A stretch of 60,222 nt of DNA from Candidatus Aceula lacicola (GTDB taxonomy: Bacteria; Omnitrophota; Gorgyraeia; Zapsychrales; Aceulaceae): assembly GCA_030765785.1 (NCBI GenBank), contig JAVCCC010000008.1, positions 1-60,222 on the forward strand, given 5' to 3'. Each line of letters starts with the position of its first letter. The stretch's first letter is position 1. The notes under the pieces are model-generated. The model did no database searches and was not told where the DNA came from. It saw only the letters and a list, made by a program, of their open reading frames with translations. Positions 27,688 to 37,359 of this stretch are shown here, piece after piece. Made by a program: the position numbers and the translations under genes.

Positions 27688-28376
27688 TATTCTTTTCCTT
27701 TTGCCATAAGCAAGAGCTCAGCCAATCTCAAATCTTCCGGCGTTGTAATCTTAATATTATCATAACTTCCTTCAACAATTTTCACCTTAGCGCCCATCTG
27801 CTCAACAAGAGTAGCATCGTCCGTTGGATTCTTTTGCAACATATTGTCATACGCCTTTACAATAATATCTTTCTTAAATACTTGAGGCGTCTGAGTATCC
27901 CAAAGTTTTGTGCGATCAAGAGTTCGTTCGACTGTCATACTTTTAAGATCAACTAACTTAATCGTTGATTTAACAGCAACAGCGGCAATGGCAGCACTGC
28001 TTTCTTCAGCCGTTTTAATACACTTCTCAACCAAATCGACGGACACAAAAGGCCTCGCCCCATCATGAATAAGAACAATATCTGTATCGACATCAACTTG
28101 CCTGAGACCATTTCGAACAGAATCAAAACGTTCCTTTCCTCCCGAGACAACTGCTTTTATTTTCTTAAGCCCGCTTTCTTTTATGGCAACCTTAAAGTCT
28201 TCAATGCCATTAGAATTAGCAACAACGATCATGCTATCAATCAATGAGCAAGACTCAAAAGTTTCTAAACAATAAATAAAAATTGGTTTTCCATCTAACA
28301 TAACCAACGGCTTTAAAATTAATGCCTTAAGCCGAGACCCAATCCCTGCCGATGGAATAATTGCTTGTATTTTCAT
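27687..28376 (-). CDS. ispD: MEP cytidylyltransferase
   Basis: SAGIGSRL..K, IHDGARP, QTPQ, NIKITTPEDL. Confidence 0.97.
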   Translation of the reverse strand: MKIQAIIPSAGIGSRLKALILKPLVMLDGKPIFIYCLETFESCSLIDSMIVVANSNGIEDFKVAIKESGLKKIKAVVSGGKERFDSVRNGLRQVDVDTDIVLIHDGARPFVSVDLVEKCIKTAEESSAAIAAVAVKSTIKLVDLKSMTVERTLDRTKLWDTQTPQVFKKDIIVKAYDNMLQKNPTDDATLVEQMGAKVKIVEGSYDNIKITTPEDLRLAELLLMAKGKE

Positions 28377-28382
28377 AATTAT

Positions 28383-29360
28383 TTAAGCAAGCTTTGCAAA
28401 AATCATTCGCCCTGCCTGTGTCTGCAACGCTGAAGTTACCTCAGTTTTAATTTCTTCACCAATCTTTGATCGTGCATCTGCAACAACGATCATTGTTCCA
28501 TCATCCATATATCCTACAGCCTGATTAGACTCTGTTCCTTCTTTAACTAACTTCACAAGCAATTGATCCCCTGGAAACACAACAGGCTTAACAGCATTAA
28601 CAAGTTCGTTTACATTCAAAATTCTAATTCCTTGAATACCTGCATTTCGATTCAAATTAAAATCAGTCGTACAAATCTTAGCTTCAATGCGCTTTGCCAA
28701 ATGCAAAAGTTTATCATCAACTTCGAGCACATCAGGAATATCGTCTTCATGCACTTTAATGTCAATGGCTGGATCTTTTTGCATAGAGCTTAAAATCTCC
28801 ATACCCCGTCTTCCCCGCTCACGCTTCAACCCATCTTTAGAATCTGCTAAATGCTGTAATTCTTTTAAAATAAATCGAGGCACAACAAGTCGTGCTTGAA
28901 AAAAGTCTGTCTTGCAAATATCAACAACACGCCCGTCTATAATAGCGCTTGTATCCAAAATAACGACATTCTCATAAAAACTTTCTTTACGAAATCGCAC
29001 ATAAGGAATAATCAAATTAAAATCATCTTTTCCTCGAAGTGCCATAGCAACACCCAGATAACAAAATACAATTGTTAAAATAACGCGAAAAATTGAAATC
29101 GAGTAAACATCCAATGGAAGCAATGCCAAGATATCTGTAATTAACTTAGCGATAACCATACCCAAAATAAGACCAAACACCATACTTGACAAACCTCGAA
29201 GAGAAACGCGATACATACTTCCTTCCAAAACAATAAGCAAAAGACCAAAGCCAGCGCCACCTAAGGCGCCGATCAAAGCATTGCCATTAATATCCCCAAT
29301 TTGCTGACCAACAACAGCACTTAAAATTAAGAAGAATGCTCGCACAATAAACAATGTCAT
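28383..29360 (-). CDS. Membrane PIN/TRAM domain protein (YacL-like)
   Basis: N-terminal TM helices; ILDTSAIIDGR, RGRRG, GYMDDGTMIVV, LQTQAGRMIFA. Confidence 0.93.
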   Translation of the reverse strand: MTLFIVRAFFLILSAVVGQQIGDINGNALIGALGGAGFGLLLIVLEGSMYRVSLRGLSSMVFGLILGMVIAKLITDILALLPLDVYSISIFRVILTIVFCYLGVAMALRGKDDFNLIIPYVRFRKESFYENVVILDTSAIIDGRVVDICKTDFFQARLVVPRFILKELQHLADSKDGLKRERGRRGMEILSSMQKDPAIDIKVHEDDIPDVLEVDDKLLHLAKRIEAKICTTDFNLNRNAGIQGIRILNVNELVNAVKPVVFPGDQLLVKLVKEGTESNQAVGYMDDGTMIVVADARSKIGEEIKTEVTSALQTQAGRMIFAKLA

Positions 29361-29399
29361 GACAACTCCTTTTTATGATGGATAATAAATAATTCTATT

Positions 29400-30758
29400 T
29401 TATAGACAGCTTAAGGCTTCTTTTACAGTTTCAACTGGAATAAATTCAAGTCCGCATGACTTAAATTGCTTTTGGTTCTTTAAATTATTTTTTGGTAAAA
29501 TACATTTCTTAAATCCTAACTTGTGTGCCTCGTTAATCCTTAAGGCAAATTGACTAACGCTGCGCACCTCCGACGAAAGCCCAACCTCGCCTAGCACAAC
29601 AAGATCAGGAGAAATTTTCTTATCCAATAACGCTGAGGCTATGGCCAAGGCAACAGCCAAATCTGCTGCCGGATCCATCACTCTGACGCCACCAACAACA
29701 TTTAAAAATATGTCTTTATCTTGAAGCGACAGCCCATTCCTTTTTTCTAATACTGCAGCTAATAGCGCCAAACGGTTAACATCAAATCCTTGCGTTTTCT
29801 GTCTTGCGCCTCCAAAATTTGCACGACTGACCAGCCCCTGAATCTCTACTAAAAATGGCCGTGTCCCCTCTAAAATCGGAACAACCACTGACCCTGAAGA
29901 TCCGAGCGCTCGCTCAGATAAAAATATTTCAGATGGATTTCTCACTTCCTTCAATCCATTTGATGTCATTTCAAAAACACCAAGTTCGTTTGTCGATCCG
30001 AATCGATTCTTTGTTGTACGCAAAACACGATAACTCGAATATCGTTCTCCCTCAAAATACAAAACAGTATCAACCAAATGTTCCAATACGCGTGGCCCTG
30101 CTAACGCACCTTCTTTTGTCACATGCCCAATTAAAATTAAAGCAATCGATTGCGTCTTTGCAAGCTGCGTTAGAAATGACGCGCATTCTCGAACTTGGCT
30201 AACGCTTCCTGGACTTGAAGAAAAATCTCTTTTATACACAACCTGTATTGAATCAATAACAACCACATCAGGTTTTAATTCTTTAATCTGGTCAATAATC
30301 AAATCCAAATCAATTTGATTAACCATATATAGCTTTGCTTTATCTTGTTCTTCGAGACGATCTGCACGCATTTTTGATTGCTTTACAGATTCTTCGCCAC
30401 TAACATAAAAAACTTTCTGACCTTTAGCGCTTAATAAACAAGCTGCTTGCAAAGCCAATGTTGATTTTCCAATGCCGGGATCTCCCCCTAAAAGCGTGAC
30501 TGACCCAGGAACAACACCTCCACCTAAAACACGATCAAATTCTTGATTACCAGTTTCAAAACGATTTTCGTCTTGAATCAAGATCTCGCTTAGCAAAACA
30601 GGATTTTGCTTTGAAAACATTTCTCCTCGTGGTGTTTCAATTGGATTCATACGTTCTTCGACAAATGAATTCCAGCTCTGACAGCTCGGGCACTTCCCAA
30701 GCCATCCTGATGATTGAGCCCCGCACTCTTGGCAAACATATAATGTTTTTGTTTTCAT
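29400..30758 (-). CDS. radA: DNA repair protein RadA/Sms
   Basis: CQEC..CPSC, GDPGIGKST, KNRFG, GEVGL. Confidence 0.98.
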   Translation of the reverse strand: MKTKTLYVCQECGAQSSGWLGKCPSCQSWNSFVEERMNPIETPRGEMFSKQNPVLLSEILIQDENRFETGNQEFDRVLGGGVVPGSVTLLGGDPGIGKSTLALQAACLLSAKGQKVFYVSGEESVKQSKMRADRLEEQDKAKLYMVNQIDLDLIIDQIKELKPDVVVIDSIQVVYKRDFSSSPGSVSQVRECASFLTQLAKTQSIALILIGHVTKEGALAGPRVLEHLVDTVLYFEGERYSSYRVLRTTKNRFGSTNELGVFEMTSNGLKEVRNPSEIFLSERALGSSGSVVVPILEGTRPFLVEIQGLVSRANFGGARQKTQGFDVNRLALLAAVLEKRNGLSLQDKDIFLNVVGGVRVMDPAADLAVALAIASALLDKKISPDLVVLGEVGLSSEVRSVSQFALRINEAHKLGFKKCILPKNNLKNQKQFKSCGLEFIPVETVKEALSCL

Positions 30759-30763
30759 ATTCT

Positions 30764-31729
30764 TTAAAACTTAATACTACGTTGTATCGTCAGCATATCC
30801 GACTCTTCGTATCCGGGAAAACCTTGATCTTTACGCATACGATATTTAAATTGCGTCTCACTCTCACCCTTTTGCCCTTTTTGCCGCTTAATAATCCACT
30901 CTCTTTGAACATCCGTCTCACGAATTAACGGCGAAAATTTTAATCTTGCTATTTGCTCCTCAAAATCATCAAATCCTTTAGAAAGATCAATCATCCCTTC
31001 GACATTACCGCTAACGCCGCCTTCCTCGGTAATACTTGTCTGCGTTAACTCTAAAACAGGGTATGCGCCCTGAAAATTCAAAATAATATTATCATATTTA
31101 AAATCTTCAACCTGCCCGCTATAAGAATTTAAGCCTCCTTTAATGGCTGGCTGACCCGCAACGCCACCTAATTGAATCTGACCTGAAACATCACCCTCCG
31201 CATACACATTATGCTCTGGATTAATCCAGTGCAAGAAATCAGATAATGGCACATCTAAAAAAAACAGGGACAAGTCGATATTGTACGGTTTAAGCAGCGA
31301 AAAATTTCCTCGAGCTGTCATTCCTTTAAAAGATATCGGATCAAGAAAGAACTTATCATCTTTAAATTCAAACGTTCCAAGAGAAACATGTTTTCCCTCA
31401 TCTGCCTTCAGGTTTCTCTCGTCTCGTCCAACAGACCCTCTGATAAAAGGTTCTGCGTTAGGGCGCTCGATGATTCTTGCAGTCCCACTTAACGCTGTTG
31501 AAATATCAAAAACAAAAGCCTTAAGCCCATGGACCGCTAGATCGAAATGAACAATATCGTCTTCTGCACTAACACCTTGGAAAAAAATGACCCCGTTATC
31601 TAGAACATTCACTTCTAGGTTCACTTCTTTCGTTAATAAATTCGCATTCCCTCGAAAGGAAAGATCCGCGCAAACTACCTTTGCCCAAAGTAGCAAAACA
31701 CTAACAACAACAATAATCTTTTTTATCAT
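30764..31729 (-). CDS. Exported beta-rich hypothetical protein, possibly AsmA/TamB-like
   Basis: Signal peptide; alternating beta-strand pattern (GDVSGQIQLGG..P.I.G.L); ends MLTIQRSIKF. Confidence 0.6.
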   Translation of the reverse strand: MIKKIIVVVSVLLLWAKVVCADLSFRGNANLLTKEVNLEVNVLDNGVIFFQGVSAEDDIVHFDLAVHGLKAFVFDISTALSGTARIIERPNAEPFIRGSVGRDERNLKADEGKHVSLGTFEFKDDKFFLDPISFKGMTARGNFSLLKPYNIDLSLFFLDVPLSDFLHWINPEHNVYAEGDVSGQIQLGGVAGQPAIKGGLNSYSGQVEDFKYDNIILNFQGAYPVLELTQTSITEEGGVSGNVEGMIDLSKGFDDFEEQIARLKFSPLIRETDVQREWIIKRQKGQKGESETQFKYRMRKDQGFPGYEESDMLTIQRSIKF

Positions 31730-34153
31730 TTATTCAAATATCAGTTCTTCATTTTTTCGTTTAACGTTAACTGTGCTGCCTTCTTTAAAACGACCAGAAA
31801 TCATATCTTCTGCTAAAGGATCTTCTAAAAACCGCTGGATAATTCTTTTAAGTGGTCGCGCACCAAAAGTTGGATCAAACCCTTTCTCGACAAAGAACTC
31901 AATAGCATCGTTAGAAAGATTAATATGAATATCTTTCTCCTTAAGCCGATCCGTTACTTCCTGAACTTCTAAGTTAACAATCTGAATAAGATCTTCCTTT
32001 GTCAACGACTGAAAAACAATAATATCATCTAATCGATTTAAAAACTCTGGCTTAAATGTGTTTTTGATTTCATCTAAAAGACGTGTCTTCATATCCTGAT
32101 AGGTCACCTCTTTGTCCTGAGAAGCAAAACCAAGAGAACCCTTTTGTCTCAAGATTTCTGCTCCAACATTAGATGTCATAATAATAATTGTATTTCTAAA
32201 ATCAATGCGTCGGCCCAAGCTATCCGTCAAGCGTCCATCTTCTAAAACCTGTAACAAAAGGTTAAAGACATCTTGATGAGCTTTTTCAATCTCATCTAAA
32301 AGGATAACCGCATAAGGCTTACGCCTTACTTTTTCAGTCAACTGGCCGCCCTCTTCGTATCCAACATATCCAGGAGGCGCACCAATTAATCGAGATACAT
32401 TAAATTTGTCCATGTACTCAGACATATCGATTTGAATAATGGCATTCTCGTCACCAAACATAGATTCAGAAAGCACCTGTGCCAAAAGCGTTTTTCCAAC
32501 GCCAGTTGGCCCTAAAAACATAAATGAACCAATCGGTCTCGCAGGATTCTTAATCCCTGCTCGCGAACGACGCACAGCACGCGCGATTGCGCTTATAGCT
32601 TCTTTTTGACCAATAACAATCTTTGACAAGCTCTCTTCAAGCTTTAAAAGCTTATCAGTTTCTTTTTGCTCTAAACGAATCAGAGGAATTCTAGTCCACT
32701 GCGCAATAACCTTGGCAATATCTTCTTCGGTAATTGTTGGTGTCACGCTATCTCGATGCTGCATCCATTCTTTTCGCATCACATCAAGCTTTTCTCTCGC
32801 TTCTCTTTCTTTGTCGCGCATCTGTGCTGCTTTTTCAAAATCTTGACTTTTTATAAATGCCTCTTTTTCTTGTCTAAAGTGTTCAATTTCTTCTTCAGAT
32901 TTCTTAATGTCTTCAGGAACAATCATGACATCCAAGCTTGCACGTGCACCCGTCTCATCCAAAAGATCGACAGCCTTATCTGGCAAAAATCGCCCAGAAA
33001 CATATCGATCTGACAATTTTGCTGCAGCCTCGATAGCCTCTGGAGAATATTTAACTCTATGATGCGCTTCATATCTATCTTGAAGTCCTTTTAAAATCTG
33101 GATCGTTTCATCCACCGATGGAGGCTCAACCATAATCGTCTGAAATCGTCTTTCAAGAGCAGCATCTTTTTCAATATTTTTTCGATATTCATCAATCGTA
33201 GTAGCCCCAACACACTGAATTTCTCCTCGAGCTAAAGCTGGCTTTAAAATATTAGCAGCATCAATCGCACCCTCAGCAGCACCAGCCCCAACGAGCGTAT
33301 GAATTTCATCAATAAATAAAATAATTTTCTTCGATCGTTTAATCTCATCCATAATCGCTTTAATACGCTCTTCAAACTGACCACGATACTTTGTTCCAGC
33401 AATCATCATTGCTAAATCAAGAACAATAATATTCTTATCCCTTAAATTTTCTGGAATATCGCCCGCCACAACTAACTGCGCAAGACCTTCAACGATCGCT
33501 GTCTTTCCAACACCGGCTTCACCAATCAAAACAGGATTATTTTTATTGCGACGCGTTAAAATCTGGATAATGCGCTCGATTTCCATGCTACGTCCAATAA
33601 CAGGATCAAGCTTCCCATCCCTTGCAAGTTTATTTAAATTTCGCCCGTAGGCATCAATAGCAGGCGTTTTTCCTTTTTTTACTTGTTTTTCTTCTTCTGT
33701 TCCGAATCCTGGAATGCCAGAACCAAGGAGTTCCATAATTTCATTGCGCACCTTCTCCAAATCTACACCCATATTTAAAAATACGCGATATGCCACTCCT
33801 TCGCCTTCTCGAATAAGTCCAAGAAGCAAATGTTCTGTTCCAATATAATTGTGACCCAAAGCCCTAGCTTCCTCAGCGGAAAGCTCTAAAGCCTTTTTAG
33901 ATCGCGGAGTAAATGGAATATCTCCCATGACCTGCGTTTGAGGTCCAGGCTGAACAACCTTCTCAACTTCAATTCGAATCGACTCAAGATCAAGTCCAAG
34001 TTTTTGCAAAACCGCAGCGGCCACACCTTCACCTTCTCGAATCAGCCCAAGAAGCAAATGTTCTGTTCCGATATAATCATGATTAAATCGCTTAGCCTCT
34101 TCCTTAGCTAAAACAATAACTTTTCTTGCTCGCTCTGTAAATCTGTTAAACAT
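31730..34153 (-). CDS. clpC: ATP-dependent Clp protease ATPase ClpC
   Basis: Two Clp-N repeats, GEAGVGKT, UVR linker, GPTGVGKT, GARPL. AGGAGG spacing favours the second Met. Confidence 0.98.
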   Translation of the reverse strand: MFNRFTERARKVIVLAKEEAKRFNHDYIGTEHLLLGLIREGEGVAAAVLQKLGLDLESIRIEVEKVVQPGPQTQVMGDIPFTPRSKKALELSAEEARALGHNYIGTEHLLLGLIREGEGVAYRVFLNMGVDLEKVRNEIMELLGSGIPGFGTEEEKQVKKGKTPAIDAYGRNLNKLARDGKLDPVIGRSMEIERIIQILTRRNKNNPVLIGEAGVGKTAIVEGLAQLVVAGDIPENLRDKNIIVLDLAMMIAGTKYRGQFEERIKAIMDEIKRSKKIILFIDEIHTLVGAGAAEGAIDAANILKPALARGEIQCVGATTIDEYRKNIEKDAALERRFQTIMVEPPSVDETIQILKGLQDRYEAHHRVKYSPEAIEAAAKLSDRYVSGRFLPDKAVDLLDETGARASLDVMIVPEDIKKSEEEIEHFRQEKEAFIKSQDFEKAAQMRDKEREAREKLDVMRKEWMQHRDSVTPTITEEDIAKVIAQWTRIPLIRLEQKETDKLLKLEESLSKIVIGQKEAISAIARAVRRSRAGIKNPARPIGSFMFLGPTGVGKTLLAQVLSESMFGDENAIIQIDMSEYMDKFNVSRLIGAPPGYVGYEEGGQLTEKVRRKPYAVILLDEIEKAHQDVFNLLLQVLEDGRLTDSLGRRIDFRNTIIIMTSNVGAEILRQKGSLGFASQDKEVTYQDMKTRLLDEIKNTFKPEFLNRLDDIIVFQSLTKEDLIQIVNLEVQEVTDRLKEKDIHINLSNDAIEFFVEKGFDPTFGARPLKRIIQRFLEDPLAEDMISGRFKEGSTVNVKRKNEELIFE

Positions 34154-34196
34154 ATACATCCTCCTAATAATAAAAAAATGTTAAAATAATTTCTTT

Positions 34197-35249
34197 TTAT
34201 GCTTTACCTAATTTGTCTCGAATAAGCGCTGCCCTCTTCGCATCCCTCTCGGAAGCGCCAAGTTTTTTGCCCTCAATTTTCTGAAGATGCGCTGGCTGAA
34301 TCATAATAAACAATTCATTAATAGACTGAGTGTTAACATCTTTCACAATTCCGGAATCAATCCCAAGACGTACCATCGATAAAAGATCAACAGTCTCTTG
34401 GCTTGAAATAATATGTGCATTCTTTAAAATACCTAATGATCGACAAATTTTATCTTCTAGAATAGCTTTGTTTTGAACCAACAATGCTTGTCGAGCCTGT
34501 TCTTCCTGCTCAATAATTTGTCGAACAAGCCCATTAATGTTTTGCAAAATATCTTCTTCGCTATGACCTAAAGAAACCTGATTAGAAATCTGAAAAAAGT
34601 TTCCTATCGCCTGTGTTCCTTCACCATAAAATCCACGCGATGCAAAACTAAGCTTCGCAATCGCCTCTAAAACTTTATTAATCTGCTTTGTCATAACAAG
34701 TGCTGGCAAATGCAACATCACGGACCCACGAATACCAGTTCCAGTATTAGTTGGACATGCAGTTAAATAACCCCAGTCAGATCGAAAAGCATAATTAATT
34801 TTCTCAGACAACAAATCATCGATCATGCTCACAATCTTCCAGGTCTCTGTTAAATTAAATCCGGACTGCATCGCTTGAATGCGAAGATGATCTTCTTCGT
34901 TAATCATGATCGATAAAACTTCTTCTCTTGAAATCACAATTGCCTTGCCTTCGCCTGAGGCGGCATGATCATGGCTCATTAAATGACGCTCAATCAAAAA
35001 TTGACGATCAAGGTTATCCATCTCATTAATTTTAAGAAAAATTGAATCTTTAAAATACTCACTCGACGTAATCGCACTTTGAATCGTTTTAAAAACTTCA
35101 GCTAAATCTTTTCGGTTTGCTCTTGTTGGAAATGGAATCTTGTCCAGATTACGCGCCAGTCTAATCCTAGAAGACATAACAATGTGAGACTGCGGACCTG
35201 TGCTCTTAAGCCATTCGCCAGTATGCTGAATTAAATCTTCTAAGCTCAT
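34197..35249 (-). CDS. mcsB: Protein arginine kinase McsB
   Basis: SSRIRLARN, NEEDHLR, TACPTN.GTG, RG.YGEG, RDAKRA. Confidence 0.97.
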   Translation of the reverse strand: MSLEDLIQHTGEWLKSTGPQSHIVMSSRIRLARNLDKIPFPTRANRKDLAEVFKTIQSAITSSEYFKDSIFLKINEMDNLDRQFLIERHLMSHDHAASGEGKAIVISREEVLSIMINEEDHLRIQAMQSGFNLTETWKIVSMIDDLLSEKINYAFRSDWGYLTACPTNTGTGIRGSVMLHLPALVMTKQINKVLEAIAKLSFASRGFYGEGTQAIGNFFQISNQVSLGHSEEDILQNINGLVRQIIEQEEQARQALLVQNKAILEDKICRSLGILKNAHIISSQETVDLLSMVRLGIDSGIVKDVNTQSINELFIMIQPAHLQKIEGKKLGASERDAKRAALIRDKLGKA

Positions 35250-35776
35250 GCGCCCTCTCCTTTGTTTTCAAAAGATCGAATTTCATCTCGCAAAATTGCA
35301 GCTTGTTCAAAATCTTCAGATAAAATTGCTTGTTGCAATTTATTTTTCAGCACCTGCTCTGGATCTTCTTTATCATTTAAAATTTCACCTGAAGGCTTTG
35401 TGTCAACTTCTTCCTTAAAATGTAATGGTGTCTTGCCTAAATGATGAGCAGAGCCATGAATCTTTTTTAAAAGCGCGGATAAATGCGATCGAAACGATGT
35501 ATAACATTCACTACACCCTAAGCGACCGAACTTTCTAAAATCATCATAACCCAATGCACAATTTGGGCATTGCAGCTTTTCCTTCTCCTCAGCCTTAATC
35601 TGCTTACCAAAATCAGATAATCCAGCTAAAAGATCAGCTAATCCAAACTGCTGCTCCATTTGTACACTACGCTCTTTAGCGCAATCTTCGCAAATATGCA
35701 TCTCTGTCATTTGTCCATCGACAATCTCTGTCAGATGAACTGTTGCTTTTTTCTTTCCGCAGGCATCGCACTGCAT
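35246..35776 (-). CDS. mcsA: McsB activator McsA
   Basis: Four CxxC motifs, GRLGC..CY, IHG..H.GK, UVR domain. GGAGG SD precedes MQCDAC. Confidence 0.95.
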   Translation of the reverse strand: MQCDACGKKKATVHLTEIVDGQMTEMHICEDCAKERSVQMEQQFGLADLLAGLSDFGKQIKAEEKEKLQCPNCALGYDDFRKFGRLGCSECYTSFRSHLSALLKKIHGSAHHLGKTPLHFKEEVDTKPSGEILNDKEDPEQVLKNKLQQAILSEDFEQAAILRDEIRSFENKGEGA

Positions 35777-35797
35777 AGAATCCTCCAAATAATAATT

Positions 35798-36661
35798 TTA
35801 ATATTTTACGCCATCTTTTGGCGTAATAGATCGAAACAACTTGATCAGCTTCAGCGTTGTTTTTCCTGGTTTTCCAGAACCAATCACCCGCCCATCGACC
35901 TTAACAATCGGAATAACTTCAGCCGCTGTTCCTGTTAAAAAACATTCATCTGCTGTATATACTTCATGACGTGTCATCAACCGTTCATATGCTTTAATTT
36001 TATTCTTTTGAGCAAGAGCGATAACTGCATCACGTGTAATGCCACATAGACGCCCATTCGGTGGAGTCAAAAGCTCTTCATCCTTTAGAATAAAAATATT
36101 ATCACCTGTACACTCGGCAACATATCCTTGTGAATCAAGCATAAGTGCTTCCATATATCCAGAAGTGCTTGCTTCAATTTTTGCGAGAATATTATTTAAA
36201 TAATTTAAAGACTTTAATTGCGGATTAAGCGCCTCATTTAAATTGCGAACCGTAGGAACAGTGATGATCTCCATGCCGTTTCGATAAAGCTCTTTTGGAT
36301 AAAGGGCAATCTTATCTGCAATAATGACAACCGTTGCATTGCTTTTACATTTTCTAGGATCAAGGCCAAGATCTCCTTCGCCACGACTAATAATAACGCG
36401 GATATACGCATCCGATAATTTATTTGCTTTAAGTGTTTTAACAATCGCCTGAATCATCTGATCTTGAGTCAGATGAACTCTAAGCATCATGCTGTGTGCT
36501 GTTTCATAAAGCCTTTCAATATGCTCTTTTAACTTAAACACATTGCGCTTATATGTTCTAACTCCTTCAAATGCACCATCCCCATAAAGATATCCGTGAT
36601 CAAACACAGATATTTTTGCATCTTTTTTCTCTACAAGTTTTCCGTTTAAATAGATTTTCAT
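35798..36661 (-). CDS. ilvE: Branched-chain amino acid aminotransferase
   Basis: DHG.LYGDG.FEG, KSLNYLNN, ECTGDN, GITRD, TGTAAE. Confidence 0.96.
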   Translation of the reverse strand: MKIYLNGKLVEKKDAKISVFDHGYLYGDGAFEGVRTYKRNVFKLKEHIERLYETAHSMMLRVHLTQDQMIQAIVKTLKANKLSDAYIRVIISRGEGDLGLDPRKCKSNATVVIIADKIALYPKELYRNGMEIITVPTVRNLNEALNPQLKSLNYLNNILAKIEASTSGYMEALMLDSQGYVAECTGDNIFILKDEELLTPPNGRLCGITRDAVIALAQKNKIKAYERLMTRHEVYTADECFLTGTAAEVIPIVKVDGRVIGSGKPGKTTLKLIKLFRSITPKDGVKY

Positions 36662-36685
36662 GCTAACCCCTTTTTAAAAAATAGT

Positions 36686-37357
36686 TTAACCAGATAATTT
36701 TCCATCCTGAACATGAAGAACTCTTTTTGCCCTTTGAGCAATGCCTTGGTCATGAGTGACCATCACAACCGTTTGACCAAAATCTTCATTAAGCTGCAGC
36801 AAAAGATTGATAATCTTTTCACCAGACTTTGAATCTAAATTTCCGGTTGGCTCGTCACACAAAACAACCTTTGGATCATTCATTAAACAGCGAGCAATGG
36901 CCACTCTTTGCTGCTCACCGCCAGACAACTGAGCCGGCTTATGATCAATGCGATGACCCAATCCAACTTTTTCCAAAAGCGCTTGTCCTGCCTGCTCTAA
37001 CTGTTTCTTGTTGCTAAAAACTTGATTAACCAATCCTGGCAAAATAACATTTTCAATTGCTGTAAATTCCGGTAAAAGATGATAAAACTGAAAAACAAAA
37101 CCTATCTGTGTATTACGCAAAAACGAAAGTCTTGCATCATTTAATTCATAAATATCTTTTCCATCAAAAAAGACATTACCTTCACTCGGGCGATCTAACC
37201 CACCCAAAATATGTAAAAGCGTTGACTTACCAGCACCCGAAGGACCAACAAGCGCAACAAATTCTTTTTCATGAATCGTCAAGTTGACACCCCGCAAAAC
37301 TTCTACAGGCTGACCAACATCGTAATACGTTTTATGAACATTAACTGTACTAAACAT
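36686..37357 (-). CDS. lolD: ABC ATPase, LolD-like
   Basis: GPSGAGKST, GFVFQFYHLL, LSGGEQQR, CDEPTGNLD. Start moved to MFSTVN. Confidence 0.92.
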   Translation of the reverse strand: MFSTVNVHKTYYDVGQPVEVLRGVNLTIHEKEFVALVGPSGAGKSTLLHILGGLDRPSEGNVFFDGKDIYELNDARLSFLRNTQIGFVFQFYHLLPEFTAIENVILPGLVNQVFSNKKQLEQAGQALLEKVGLGHRIDHKPAQLSGGEQQRVAIARCLMNDPKVVLCDEPTGNLDSKSGEKIINLLLQLNEDFGQTVVMVTHDQGIAQRAKRVLHVQDGKLSG

Positions 37358-37359
37358 TT

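Noticed and set aside
33800-34080. Near-identical repeat of about 45 nt (CCAAGAAGCAAATGTTCTGTTCC core) within clpC
   Set aside because: Encodes the known duplicated Clp N-domain motif HxYIGTEHLLLGLIREGEG; not a mobile or CRISPR repeat.
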